DNA of 64,000 bases from Dehalococcoidia bacterium (GTDB lineage: Bacteria > Chloroflexota > Dehalococcoidia > Lucifugimonadales > UBA2985): positions 2,729 to 66,728 of the forward strand of contig CAUZMC010000003.1 of NCBI GenBank assembly GCA_963580875.1, written 5' to 3'. The translations under genes and the position numbers were made by a program. This document shows positions 28,789 through 39,128 of this stretch, in pieces. Under the pieces are notes generated by a model. It made no database searches. It saw only the letters and a program-made list of their open reading frames with translations, and was not told the origin of the DNA. How positions within the stretch are numbered: position 1 is the first letter of the stretch; every line of letters starts with the position of its first letter.

Positions 28789-31071
28789 ATGGCAGTCTTT
28801 CAGAATATAGGATCGACTTTGGCGGGGCCTTCTGTCGACCCAGCATTCGCTAAGGTTTTGGATGAGTTGGTAGCTTTAGCCAAAAGAGGGCATAAGCCTG
28901 ATAGCCAATTCTTTAATCCATCAGATGAGTGGCTAATAAGCCACATGCGTATTTTTCAGGATCTTCCGGCCTCAGATCGCGAGCAAGTGCGGAAGGAAGC
29001 TGAACAGATCACTCAGGAATCAGGACGCCTTAATGGCGAAGGTAAGGCTGGCATTCGGGCTTGGCCTGATATAGTGGTCCGATTGGACACTGGTGGACTC
29101 GGCTTTTTTAGCCAGTTGGGGGTGGCCCGGAGGCCAGACCTGACCCAATATTTCATAGATGGCTTTCCAAGGAATCGTGACTCCCTGTCTTTCAGCGAGG
29201 CCAATCAATCCCTTTTTGCAGAGATATTCCCTTACATAAACAGTATGATGGAACAGTGTTTCTCATCTGGCGACACCATCATCCAGACAGACAGGCAGGT
29301 CGGCGACGTTCCTGAGCGCTCATTTCATGCACGGCAACTTTTGTTCGGCACCGACTATCCTCAGCTTCCATACATGTGGCGACAGTTGACATTCGACTCG
29401 CCCAAGGATGAGATGCAAAACGCACCTCAGATTTTGGAAGTTTCCATCCCCAAGTGGCTGGATGACCTAGGGCTACCACAGGCGCTTAAGGATCGCGTCC
29501 AAGAGGCGGGACTCAACAGGTTGGTCTTTAAGGCCCCCACAAAGGGTCTATCATTGCACCTAGGGTTCGATTATCTGGGTGAGCACAAGATGGGTCCGCT
29601 GTCTATAGCTATGTTCCTGGTGAAACATACCAAGGGACTTGCTCTGCAGGCGGCTCTGAGTATGGCGCGAACCAAGAACTTAGATGGTAAAATGACCAAT
29701 GCCGCGTTGGTTACCACTGGCCCTTCATTGCATGGCAAAAGCACCCTCACAGTCATGATAGAGTTGATTAAGAGTGATTTATCGGCACTTCTTGAACTTG
29801 AGATTGACTCTGATGAGGGTATTTACCCGATGAATGACGATATAGTACTGCTTCAACCGTTGGCAAAACCGGTGGAGATTGACCGCAATGGCAAGCAGAT
29901 CAGTGTTTCCTATGGTATAGACGGTACTGAGAACAACCTGTATGCGGTGCCATTTGGACTCACTCAAGAAAGCGACCCTATAGCATACGATGTTCTTCGC
30001 GGGTCTGAGGCCGAGCCGAATTCGCAGGAAACTCTTGAGAACGTGCCCTTCAATTTAAACGATAGCACACCGGATTTCCTTCAAAACCCCGTTCGCAATA
30101 TGAGGATGATACTGTCTCGGTCCAGGCTCTTAGATAGAAAGGGCGTTGCGCATCTGCCAAAGGCTTTCACTAACGGAAGGTTAAGTGATATGGTTCATGT
30201 GCCAATGGAGAGTACTGATAAGGTGCTTTGGCAGGGCGTGATGCGTCAAAACACCGTTGTTCCGCCTCTGGTTCGTTTGACGGCAGAGACTTATGTTCGT
30301 GCTCTCATGTATGGTGAGGCAGTCCAGACGGGTGCCGCCACGGGTGCCATAGGCAGGCCGTATGTGGAATACTTTTCGGACCCTTTCATCATCGGCTTGG
30401 AGGACGAGAACGCGAATTTGATGTACTCCATATTGCAGGATATCACTCAGGGTGGTCTGCCTCAGGAATACTACATGTTCAACACCGGTGGCTTGGGTGC
30501 GGACAGGAACGAAGAAGCCAGTGGGCCTCTGTATAGGAAGATCACCAGAGAGGTGACTCTTATGCTTCAGGAAGCTGTTCTTAGAGGTGCTGCGAAGTTT
30601 GAATACGATTCGGCCCTTGGCGTAGATGTGGCTGTGGCCATTGTAAACAAGCAGGGCAAAGAAGTACTAGATCTTCGGAAGGACTGGTTGCCTAGGGAGA
30701 TATACGGTGAACCTGAGTATCTTCGACGTGTGCTGGAGTTGAAAAAGAAACGATATTACGGAGAGCATGCCGAGGATAAGGCTGGTATTCTACGCTATAC
30801 TAAAGTCACGGAAGCAATCTTTAGCCTTGATGATATCCCTGCGCCATCCAATGAGCGTGAGTTGTCATGGCTCTTGTCTTTTTTCTGGCACGTTGATCAG
30901 GCTTACAACTCACTCACTGACTTGAAGCAGCATCTGAGCGAAGGTGAACGTCCATCCACTCAGGTCCTGAGTTCTCTTAAAAACTTCTATGCGGCGGGGC
31001 TTGCTAATGGGCTTGATCTGTCTTCAGAAAGCCAAGAACCCCTACGGCTCATGGAAATCATAGAGGGTTAG
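28789..31071 (+). CDS. Large divergent PEPCK(ATP)-superfamily-like P-loop protein of unknown function
   Basis: Motifs occur in PEPCK order: SPKD, the P-loop GPSLHGKST (29719-29745), NDDIVLL, ENV, NMRMIL, VVPPLVRLTAE...YGEAVQTGAATG, FSDPF and FNTGGLG. The protein is ~220 aa longer than canonical PckA and differs at several residues. ATG 28789 has GGAGG upstream. Confidence 0.5.
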   Translation: MAVFQNIGSTLAGPSVDPAFAKVLDELVALAKRGHKPDSQFFNPSDEWLISHMRIFQDLPASDREQVRKEAEQITQESGRLNGEGKAGIRAWPDIVVRLDTGGLGFFSQLGVARRPDLTQYFIDGFPRNRDSLSFSEANQSLFAEIFPYINSMMEQCFSSGDTIIQTDRQVGDVPERSFHARQLLFGTDYPQLPYMWRQLTFDSPKDEMQNAPQILEVSIPKWLDDLGLPQALKDRVQEAGLNRLVFKAPTKGLSLHLGFDYLGEHKMGPLSIAMFLVKHTKGLALQAALSMARTKNLDGKMTNAALVTTGPSLHGKSTLTVMIELIKSDLSALLELEIDSDEGIYPMNDDIVLLQPLAKPVEIDRNGKQISVSYGIDGTENNLYAVPFGLTQESDPIAYDVLRGSEAEPNSQETLENVPFNLNDSTPDFLQNPVRNMRMILSRSRLLDRKGVAHLPKAFTNGRLSDMVHVPMESTDKVLWQGVMRQNTVVPPLVRLTAETYVRALMYGEAVQTGAATGAIGRPYVEYFSDPFIIGLEDENANLMYSILQDITQGGLPQEYYMFNTGGLGADRNEEASGPLYRKITREVTLMLQEAVLRGAAKFEYDSALGVDVAVAIVNKQGKEVLDLRKDWLPREIYGEPEYLRRVLELKKKRYYGEHAEDKAGILRYTKVTEAIFSLDDIPAPSNERELSWLLSFFWHVDQAYNSLTDLKQHLSEGERPSTQVLSSLKNFYAAGLANGLDLSSESQEPLRLMEIIEG

Positions 31072-31234
31072 GGCTAAAAGAGGTTACTGTCTCGCAGTCC
31101 TGTTTTAGCCCTTCGCTGGAGTTGTCTAAAGACAATCATTGCTATATTCTTAACATAATCGCAAATATGGTCTTAGCGACCTGAAAATGGATACTAGATG
31201 CAACGCATATATGAGGAAGGTAGCTGCTTAATCC

Positions 31235-31948
31235 ATGCCTGTAATTGGAGTGGTAGCCTCTAATAAGCGTGAGGCTCGTCGGTACATATATGCCATGGTA
31301 AAGCGTGATGTGGAGGAGCGTCTCCTGAAGCCCCTTTCATTAGCCCGCGTAGATGAGACTGTATCCTCAGTTGACGCGCTTCTCTTCACCGGCGGTCCGG
31401 ATATAGACCCTCAATGCTACGGTGAGTCAGAAGATTCTAAATCTGGGATTAAGCATGCCCCACGTAGAGATAAATGGGAGATGATGCTCCTAAAGGCCGC
31501 ACTTAATCGCGATATGCCGGTGCTCGCTATTTGTCGCGGCATGCAGCTTTTGAACGTCGTATTTGGAGGTAGGCTCATACAGGACCTGCCGGGCCACAGG
31601 GTAGAGCTCCAGAATGGTCGTTGGGAGTCCGCTCGTCATCAACTGTATATCTCTCCCGGCAGTAAACTGGCTGCCATTTTAGGTGCAGGGGGATTTGTGA
31701 GTGTCAGCAGCCTTCACCATCAGGGACTTGGTGAACCTCAGAAGGCATCGGCGCTTATGGCATCTGCCTACTCAGTTGAGGACGGATTGATAGAAGCCAT
31801 AGAGAGTCCTGGGCATGACTGGGTTGTAGGTGTCCAGTGGCACAATGAGATAGAGGAACAAGTTCCAAAGAACTTTGGCAATCTCTTCCAGTCATTTGTA
31901 GAACGTGCAGAGACATATGGACAGAGAAAAAAGGCGAGCCTGCATTAA
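31235..31948 (+). CDS. Class I glutamine amidotransferase-like hydrolase (peptidase C26 / PuuD-like)
   Basis: Motifs seen are LLFTGGPDIDPQCYGE, the nucleophile LAICRGMQLLN, and VQWHNE. Confidence 0.75.
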   Translation: MPVIGVVASNKREARRYIYAMVKRDVEERLLKPLSLARVDETVSSVDALLFTGGPDIDPQCYGESEDSKSGIKHAPRRDKWEMMLLKAALNRDMPVLAICRGMQLLNVVFGGRLIQDLPGHRVELQNGRWESARHQLYISPGSKLAAILGAGGFVSVSSLHHQGLGEPQKASALMASAYSVEDGLIEAIESPGHDWVVGVQWHNEIEEQVPKNFGNLFQSFVERAETYGQRKKASLH

Positions 31949-31994
31949 TATGGACTTGGCTCACATATAACCTCAGCAAAGAGAGGAAAGATCT

Positions 31995-34454
31995 ATGGTA
32001 GTTCCTTCTATCGGCAACATACGACCAGTGCGTATCGAAGATGAGATGCGCAGCTCATATTTAGACTACGCCATGAGCGTTATTGTCGCTCGGGCACTTC
32101 CAGATGTGCGTGATGGACTCAAACCTGTGCAGAGACGAATCCTGTACGCTATGGATGACCTAGGCATGAGGGCCGGAACTTCGTATAAGAAGAGCGCCCG
32201 CTTGGTTGGAGAAGTGTTGGGAAAGTATCATCCCCACGGAGATAGTTCGGTATATGAGGCCATGGTTCGTATGGCCCAGGATTTCTCACTGCGTTATCCT
32301 TTGGTCGACGGGCAGGGTAATTTCGGAAGCATTGATGATGACCCTCCAGCGGCCATGCGATACACTGAGGCTCGTCTGTCCCCCATCGCACAACATATGT
32401 TGGGAGATATAGACAGCGACACCGTGGATTTTTCATCCAACTTTGACGATACCCTTCGGGAGCCTAAGGTTCTTCCTGCGGTGCTCCCAAACCTGTTGAT
32501 TAACGGGGCTTCTGGCATAGCCGTTGGAATGGCGACCAATATCCCTCCGCATAACCTGCGAGAGGTGTGCGATGCGGCTATTTATCTCATAGAAAACCCG
32601 AATGCCAACGTCGAAGACCTGATGAAGTTCATCAAGGCCCCTGATTTTCCCACTGGGGGTATCATCATGGGCCGGGAAGGTATTCTAAATGCCTATTCAA
32701 CGGGACGCGGGCGTGTGTTGGTACGGGCTAGGGCTACAATTGAGGAAGGCGAAAAGCGATCTGAGCGCAAGCAGATAGTGGTGACTGAAGTCCCTTTCCA
32801 GGTGAACAAAGCCACGCTAGTGGAAAAGATAGCTCAACTGGCTAAGGACAAGAAGATAGAGGGTATCAGCGAGGTTAGAGATGAATCAGACCGCCATGGC
32901 TTACGTGTTGTTGTTGAACTGCGGCGCGAGGCTCAGCCAGAGATTGTGTTAAATAACCTGTATAAGCATACGTCCATGCAGACGGCCTTTTTTGTTAACA
33001 CTTTGGCCCTGGTGGATGGACAACCACAGGTGCTGCCTCTGAAGAGGCTTCTTAGACATTACATAGACTTCCGTCGTGAGGTGATCACACGGCGAGCGAA
33101 GTTCGACCTGAAAAAAGCCGAGGAACGAGCCCATATACTTGAGGGCCTGAGAACGGCCCTTTCTAATCTTGACGAAGTTATCACACTAATACGTCAGGCC
33201 GCCGATGCGGATACCGCTCGGCAGGGACTGATGGAGTGGCTTGCCCTAACCCAGATACAGGCACAGGCAATTTTGGATATGCAGTTGCGGCGTATTGCAG
33301 CTCTTGAGAGGGAACGGATAGAGACGGAGTTCCAGCAACTGCGTAAGACTATAGACGAACTCGAAGATCTGCTGGGAGACCCTGAGAAGATACTGGCAGA
33401 AGTGAAGAAAGATACCCGAAAGATTAAGAAGGACTTTGGCGATGATCGTCGCACCGAGGTATGGGATGAGGAACCTACTGCTCCTACTAGGAAAGAATTG
33501 GAGCCCCATCAGGATATGGTGATTACCATTACTCAGCGCGGCTATGTGAAGAGCATGCCGCTTGACACATACAAAACCCAACACAGGGGAGGCAGGGGAG
33601 TGACAGGGATGGTCACTAGAGAAACCGATATACTCCAAAATCTCCTCGTAGCCGATACACACGATGCACTCTTGTTCTTTACCAATCGGGGCAGAGTATA
33701 TTCAAAACCGTGCTATGACGTACAAGTAGATGCTTCGCGCACTACTCGCGGCACTTCTGCTGTGAATCTGCTGTCTCTCAATGAGGGAGAGCAGGTCAGC
33801 ACGGTTCTGGCGATTTCTTCCAATGATAAGTATGAGTTTATAATGTTGGCCACTAGAAAGGGAGAGATAAAACGAATGGCTTTCTCTTCCTTGACTAACA
33901 TACGGAATAATGGGCTTATAGCTATGGATCTTGAGCCAGGTGACGAGGTTATTTCGGTTCGTGGGGCTAATGAAGGTGATGAGGTTGTGATGGTTACGGA
34001 TAAGGGCATGGCTGCCCGGTTCCCAATTGCCAATGTCAGGATAAGCAGCCGAATGTCCGGCGGCGTAAGAGGAATCCGTCTTGATTCGGATGACAGAGTA
34101 GTATCTATGGATACGGTCATAACTGGGGCACAGCTCTTTGTTGTAAGCCGTAGAGGATTTGGAAAGCTGACTCCCATACAGGCATATCGTAGGACGGCCA
34201 GGGGCGCCAAGGGTGTCATAACCCTCAAAATTACTGATAAGACTGGGCCTGTGGCAGCGGCACACTTGGTGATGGATGCCACAGAAGTCATGCTGGTATC
34301 CGAGCAGGGCATTATAGAGCGGCTCGCTTTATCAGAGGTTAGGGTGACTGGGCGTATTGCCCAGGGAGTGTGGCTTATACGAGACAAGGAAAAGGGTAAT
34401 TCGATGACTGTTGCTACCGTGACAAGTATCAACAGTTCGTTACCGAAGGCTTAA
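31995..34454 (+). CDS. gyrA: DNA gyrase subunit A
   Basis: Motifs seen are [31 protein letters not shown], the catalytic-Tyr region [10 protein letters not shown], and C-terminal beta-pinwheel repeats. Confidence 0.97.
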   Translation: MVVPSIGNIRPVRIEDEMRSSYLDYAMSVIVARALPDVRDGLKPVQRRILYAMDDLGMRAGTSYKKSARLVGEVLGKYHPHGDSSVYEAMVRMAQDFSLRYPLVDGQGNFGSIDDDPPAAMRYTEARLSPIAQHMLGDIDSDTVDFSSNFDDTLREPKVLPAVLPNLLINGASGIAVGMATNIPPHNLREVCDAAIYLIENPNANVEDLMKFIKAPDFPTGGIIMGREGILNAYSTGRGRVLVRARATIEEGEKRSERKQIVVTEVPFQVNKATLVEKIAQLAKDKKIEGISEVRDESDRHGLRVVVELRREAQPEIVLNNLYKHTSMQTAFFVNTLALVDGQPQVLPLKRLLRHYIDFRREVITRRAKFDLKKAEERAHILEGLRTALSNLDEVITLIRQAADADTARQGLMEWLALTQIQAQAILDMQLRRIAALERERIETEFQQLRKTIDELEDLLGDPEKILAEVKKDTRKIKKDFGDDRRTEVWDEEPTAPTRKELEPHQDMVITITQRGYVKSMPLDTYKTQHRGGRGVTGMVTRETDILQNLLVADTHDALLFFTNRGRVYSKPCYDVQVDASRTTRGTSAVNLLSLNEGEQVSTVLAISSNDKYEFIMLATRKGEIKRMAFSSLTNIRNNGLIAMDLEPGDEVISVRGANEGDEVVMVTDKGMAARFPIANVRISSRMSGGVRGIRLDSDDRVVSMDTVITGAQLFVVSRRGFGKLTPIQAYRRTARGAKGVITLKITDKTGPVAAAHLVMDATEVMLVSEQGIIERLALSEVRVTGRIAQGVWLIRDKEKGNSMTVATVTSINSSLPKA

Positions 34455-34471
34455 TAGGATTACGGCCTTCC

Positions 34472-35854
34472 CTATTCGTCCCTCAGCCGTAAGTACTTGA
34501 ACAGCAGTGGATGGCGCTGAGTTGCTAAGTCAAGGGCTTCATGCATCACGCTGCGCAGGGTGAAATGGGCCTGGGGACTGGTGCGGAGCTTGAAGAGGTG
34601 ATAACACTCCCTCAGGTTCATTTTTGAGAGCACGCGGCGAAGGTGAGCGTGTGTTACTAAATACCCTCCAACCCCTGGCAAAGCCTCGGAAAGGCTGTGG
34701 AATCCCTTGGCTGCTGTTTCCATCGATTCCCTGAATTGTCCCTCCAGCCCGGCTTGCAAAATGAGGTCCGGGACGATGTACCCTAGATCTACCGTTGCCG
34801 GCTGTGAGATGTATGTTTGCATTCGGTGCCGCTTGAATTCTCTATAAGCTCCGTAGTCCATGACAAGGTCAAAGGTGTAGTCTACAGCTTCCAGTTCTCT
34901 TACTGGAATGTCATGTTGCCCAAGGCTGTTTAGCGCCTTGTGAATTACTTCCTCTCGTTGGGACTGGCTCATGTTCTTAACTCTTTGCAAAATATCACTA
35001 TACGAACTGGATGAGAAACGATATAGCAGTGTGGCCACCAGCTTGGATTCAGCTTCTTGGTCGTAGTGTACAAGTTCCGCTCGGCAGTCGGCGTATGGAA
35101 TTGCCTCTTCCTCGTTCTGATCCAGGTTATCTAGGGCTTCTCTAGATAACACTAGATAATCGTTGCGATCGGCATATTTTATGAGTGTGGGAGTTATGGT
35201 TCTTCCCTGTTCCCTTAGCGCTTCGCCTATCTCATGTTCCTCAAGGAGGTCAGAGGATAGGAGTTTGCGAATGGCGTGTTCCATGGACCGGGCATTCATG
35301 GTAATGCCCACGTTTGTCAGGGTGGCTGCTGGAAGTAGAAAACGGCAGACGTCCGTGGCCACACGCCGCAGGCGCAGATTGTAGGAAGAGTCACGTTCTC
35401 CCTCGTTCTTGGACGTAACGTTTGACAAATGCTCAAGCAGTCTTTCCGTTGTTTCCTGGTAGGCTCTGAACAGTGAGTCGCAGGTGTTCACGTACACGTC
35501 CCTGAGAGGGTGTCCTTCAAGTTCCACTGGGATGTGATAGTGGCCTTGGTCGAGTAACTGATATCGTGAGGATTTCTCAGTGTATGAAGCCAGGCGATTG
35601 TCCTCCATGGTGTCGCAGGCGAGGCGTGAGATATTTTCCGCTGCCATGTGGATAATTGCGTGCTCTGCTACCGAGGCATGGCCGTAGTTGAGTACCCATC
35701 GCTCGTGGAAGTTTGCGGCCTTCTCAGCGCTCACAACCTTGGCTATCTCATCGAAGGGTTGAGGGTTGCGTGAGGTCATGGCGAAGACTACCGCGAGCTG
35801 CTCCTCAGTCAGTTCCCTGGGGTCTAGTGGATAGATACGTCGAGATAAATTCAT
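34472..35854 (-). CDS. thyX: Double-domain (fused pseudo-dimer) FAD-dependent thymidylate synthase ThyX-like protein
   Basis: There are two Thy1-like halves. The N-half has HASVAEH and ..NRLASYTEKSSRY (..R..S....S.RY). The C-half has EFKRHRMQ. At 460 aa it is about twice a normal ThyX. Confidence 0.6.
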   Translation of the reverse strand: MNLSRRIYPLDPRELTEEQLAVVFAMTSRNPQPFDEIAKVVSAEKAANFHERWVLNYGHASVAEHAIIHMAAENISRLACDTMEDNRLASYTEKSSRYQLLDQGHYHIPVELEGHPLRDVYVNTCDSLFRAYQETTERLLEHLSNVTSKNEGERDSSYNLRLRRVATDVCRFLLPAATLTNVGITMNARSMEHAIRKLLSSDLLEEHEIGEALREQGRTITPTLIKYADRNDYLVLSREALDNLDQNEEEAIPYADCRAELVHYDQEAESKLVATLLYRFSSSSYSDILQRVKNMSQSQREEVIHKALNSLGQHDIPVRELEAVDYTFDLVMDYGAYREFKRHRMQTYISQPATVDLGYIVPDLILQAGLEGQFRESMETAAKGFHSLSEALPGVGGYLVTHAHLRRVLSKMNLRECYHLFKLRTSPQAHFTLRSVMHEALDLATQRHPLLFKYLRLRDE

Positions 35855-35942
35855 GTGCGCTTGCCTCTGTTGTTAATCTTTTAGAATAATAGGACCTTGC
35901 TTCTTCTCTGTCACCCGCCCATCGCGAAACAGTGAACTTGTT

Positions 35943-36758
35943 CTATTTGATGAGCCGCGTTCTCATCACACGTAAGGCTAAGAACAAGAAGAAGGCCAGG
36001 AAATTTATCATAAGAAGGAATGATGCTAGCAGAGTCCAGTCGAGCTCGCCAAAAGCCAGTCTGCGTACCAGATGAGATGCTGGTGTAAGAGGCAGGAACC
36101 AGGCGAGTATGGTTATTGGAATTGGAAGCCCATTCAATGGAAAGAATACCCCACTGAAGAACCACATCGGGGTGACGAAAAGAGTGAAGAAGTTGTTGAG
36201 GCTGTTCAGTGATGGAACCAGTGCCGTTACTGTGATGGCTATGGATGCGAACATAAGCCCGATGATGAATGAAACCGGTATTATCAGTAGTGCCCATGGA
36301 GAGGAAACCATGCCAAGAATATATGTGAAGGCCAATATTGTGGTAGCCGTGAGGACTGAACGTGTCGCTCCCCAGGCTCTGGAGAGGGCTGTACTGGAGT
36401 TCATATCGTAATAACGGGCATAGGTTAATAAATTGTCCAAGACTGTTAGGTCTGAGTCTAGGTTATTCTCCTGGGGCACTACGCCAAGTTCAGATTTGAC
36501 GCCCAACTGGTCATCCGATACAGATTTCCCTTTAATTATGAGCTCTCCGGAGGTTATCGGAGATATGCACGAGATCATCTTAAGCGTGCTGGTTTTTCCT
36601 GCTCCGTTTGGTCCTAGGAGCCCGAAACACTCTCCCTTGTAAATGGTGAGGTCAATTCCATTGACTACAAGGTTGTTTGCGTATTTTTTAACCAGGTTTC
36701 TGGCTATGATTACAGGTTGAGATGTGGTTGCTCTGAACATATTGAAGAGATAATACAC
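35943..36758 (-). pseudogene. In-frame chimera of an ABC ATPase N-terminus and an ABC-2 permease C-terminus (deletion relic)
   Basis: Residues ~15-105 form an ABC NBD with Walker A GPNGAGKTS and Q-loop VVPQE. The LSGGQ signature, Walker B and H-loop are absent. From ~residue 115 on the sequence is polytopic membrane protein typical of ABC-2/NodJ-like permease C-halves. Confidence 0.55.
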
Positions 36759-36826
36759 TAGGTTTGAGGTGTGTGGAAGGATGACGCTGGCGCCATACTG
36801 GTGTGAGCGTAGGCCTAGAAGCGAGA

Positions 36827-37663
36827 TTACTCCTCTAGGTAATTGCTTTGCATTGTGGGTTTTACGTCATCGTCGGAAGGTGGAGCAGCGATCGATGCCT
36901 CTCCATCATCATCCCAGTCTATGATGGGGCTTTGCTCAAATTCAATTTCCTTCTCTTCAAGGTCAAATCCGGCTTGTAGTGAAGGATATTCTAGATGTGA
37001 GTAGGCGCTATTTGCCCGCTGTTTGTTGGGGAATGACACAGTTCCATATTGGCTGCGATGTTGATATATTTCTTTGACCATGACGGTCAAGGTTTGTTCC
37101 TGTACGGAAGTTACGGCGGCAGCATATCTGTTTCCTCCCTGGATCAGTTTTGCAAGGCGATGGCCAATCCTTGCTTCAATCTCTCCTAGGTAGTGCCTTT
37201 CAGTGCTTTCTACTGTAATGCCCGTGAGGGACAGCTGAAGCTCTACTGCGTCGCCGGGCGCCATGCGTAAATGAGTTCTGTCGGTTGGCAGTCTCAATAG
37301 TGAAATTGTGGTTGATTTCCCGCGTTCCTCTATGAAAAGCTCAGGGGCCACCTTTAGACCCTGCTTGGGAGTGGAGTCATCCTCATTTAGCTGCGTGAGC
37401 CTTTCGAAGTTCTTCTTGGCTATGATGTTGGCTGGCGATATCTCCAGAGTGTGGCTGAAGGCATCCTTGGCATCTTTGTACTGCCCCAACTCAGACAAAG
37501 CTTTGCCCAGCCTGTTGTACGCTTCCACATCTCTGGGAAAGTCGCTGATAATCTCTCGGTTCAGGGTTGCTGCTTTCCCCCATTGGCTTACCAAGGCCAG
37601 AGCTATGGCATCTTTTGTCTTGTCTTTTTTCACTTGTGCTTTGTCTTTGTCAGTTGGATTCAT
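36827..37663 (-). CDS. TPR-repeat protein with an uncharacterised C-terminal domain and acidic tail
   Basis: The segment EAYNRLGKALSELGQYKDAKDAFSHTLEISPANIIAKKNFERL is TPR-like. ATG 37663 is preferred over 37714. Confidence 0.5.
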   Translation of the reverse strand: MNPTDKDKAQVKKDKTKDAIALALVSQWGKAATLNREIISDFPRDVEAYNRLGKALSELGQYKDAKDAFSHTLEISPANIIAKKNFERLTQLNEDDSTPKQGLKVAPELFIEERGKSTTISLLRLPTDRTHLRMAPGDAVELQLSLTGITVESTERHYLGEIEARIGHRLAKLIQGGNRYAAAVTSVQEQTLTVMVKEIYQHRSQYGTVSFPNKQRANSAYSHLEYPSLQAGFDLEEKEIEFEQSPIIDWDDDGEASIAAPPSDDDVKPTMQSNYLEE

Positions 37664-37827
37664 TTCCCACACTCCGCAAATATTGTAGAAAAAGGATTGT
37701 ATACTGACTACCAAGGTGATTGCAATCCCCTGTCCGGCTAGTTAGTGTACTCTCTTTATATCTTATTGATTGTGTATTTAAGACGCTGCATGATGTGTGG
37801 GCGGTGAGAGGGATTATTGGAATAGAG

Positions 37828-38640
37828 TTAGTCATCTGTGTCCGTATTGGCGGGCGGTTCAGATTCGGTGGCTTTGAGAATGAGCTTACCGTATTTACCT
37901 TTGATGGAATTCCACCGTATTGAAAGCAGATCCTTTAGCATTAGGAAGCTGTCTCTCAATAGCCGCACTTTGCTTCCTTCGTGGTAGTACCAGTCTATTG
38001 GTACCTCTTTGATGTGCATTTCAAGCTGTTGAGCTAAAAAGAGGATTTCGACGTCGAACCCGAATCCGCGAGATCTCTGTAGTGGGAAAAGAGTCTCTGC
38101 GGCTTTGGCTGTGAAACATTTGAAGCCACATTGGGTATCGGTAAAGCCCTTCACGGCTATGAGGCGCACCGCGATGTTGAATGCGCGACCCATGAGATGG
38201 CGTTTGAAGGGTTCATCGAAGCGACGAGCACCACTGGCTTCTCTGGAGCCTATGGCGATGTCGGCGTCTATGAGCGTGGACGGTAGGAACCTCTCAAGGT
38301 GAGATATAGGCATTGAGAGGTCGGCGTCCGCCAGAAACCTGTACTTCCCACGCGCAGACAACATGCCTTCTCGTACTGCTAGTCCCTTGCCTCCATGATT
38401 GAGTCTGACAAGGCGTATTTCAGAGTGTGTTTCAGAGGCAGACTCAATCATGGAGGCAGTCTTGTCCTGGCTGCCGTCGTCTACCACCACCACTTCCCAG
38501 GAGTAGCCTTGACTGCCAGCGTACTCTACAATGGTGTCTAGGGTTTGTGCGATTCGTATCTCTTCGTTGTATGCAGGGATTACGATGGATAGAAATGGTT
38601 GTGTTAAAGGATTGTGCTGCCCTTCACCGAGTCTAGTCAC
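37828..38640 (-). CDS. Family 2 glycosyltransferase (polyprenol-phosphate hexosyltransferase-like)
   Basis: Motifs seen are LSIVIPAYNEE, VVVVDDGSQD, DADLS and GFKCF. The start is uncertain: GTG 38640 overlaps the upstream stop, and the ORF track opens at 38706. Confidence 0.8.
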   Translation of the reverse strand: MTRLGEGQHNPLTQPFLSIVIPAYNEEIRIAQTLDTIVEYAGSQGYSWEVVVVDDGSQDKTASMIESASETHSEIRLVRLNHGGKGLAVREGMLSARGKYRFLADADLSMPISHLERFLPSTLIDADIAIGSREASGARRFDEPFKRHLMGRAFNIAVRLIAVKGFTDTQCGFKCFTAKAAETLFPLQRSRGFGFDVEILFLAQQLEMHIKEVPIDWYYHEGSKVRLLRDSFLMLKDLLSIRWNSIKGKYGKLILKATESEPPANTDTDD

Positions 38641-39118
38641 CTTGGTCCAGCTGGAAGGTCGCATGTAGCGCTCGCACTGCGTCCTCCACTCTGTCTTCAG
38701 CCACAATACATGTTATGCGTATCTCTGATGTTGTTATCATTTCTATATTGATATTGGCTTCGTACAGGGCGCTGAACATACGGGCTGCGTAGCCGGAATT
38801 ATGTTGCATGCCAGTTCCCACAATGCTGACGTTCCCAAGGTAAGCATTGCTTACGCAGCCGCCAGCTCCCATGTTCTGCGCAACGGGTTCCACAATATCC
38901 ATAGCATCCGCAAGATCTTCCCGTGCCACGGTAAAGGTGAGGTCTGTGATACGCTCAACGCTGACGTTTTGGACAATGGTATCTATGTTTATTCCCTTAT
39001 TGGCCAATGGCTCGAAGATGGTTGCAGATATTCCCGGACTGTCTGGAACTCCCAGCACGGTTATCTTTGCTACGTTCTTGTTGTGGGCTATCCCTCTAAC
39101 TCGGTTTCTCATTTCCAT
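38633..39118 (-). CDS. Aspartokinase regulatory module (two ACT domains) encoded as a separate ORF
   Basis: The sequence VRGIAHNKNVAKITVLGVPDSPGISATIFEPLANKGINIDTIVQN plus a second ACT domain (VSIVGTGMQHNSGYAARMFSAL) is present. It has its own ATG, with GAGG 7 nt upstream. Confidence 0.8.
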   Translation of the reverse strand: MEMRNRVRGIAHNKNVAKITVLGVPDSPGISATIFEPLANKGINIDTIVQNVSVERITDLTFTVAREDLADAMDIVEPVAQNMGAGGCVSNAYLGNVSIVGTGMQHNSGYAARMFSALYEANINIEMITTSEIRITCIVAEDRVEDAVRALHATFQLDQGD

Positions 39119-39128
39119 ATATAGCCTC

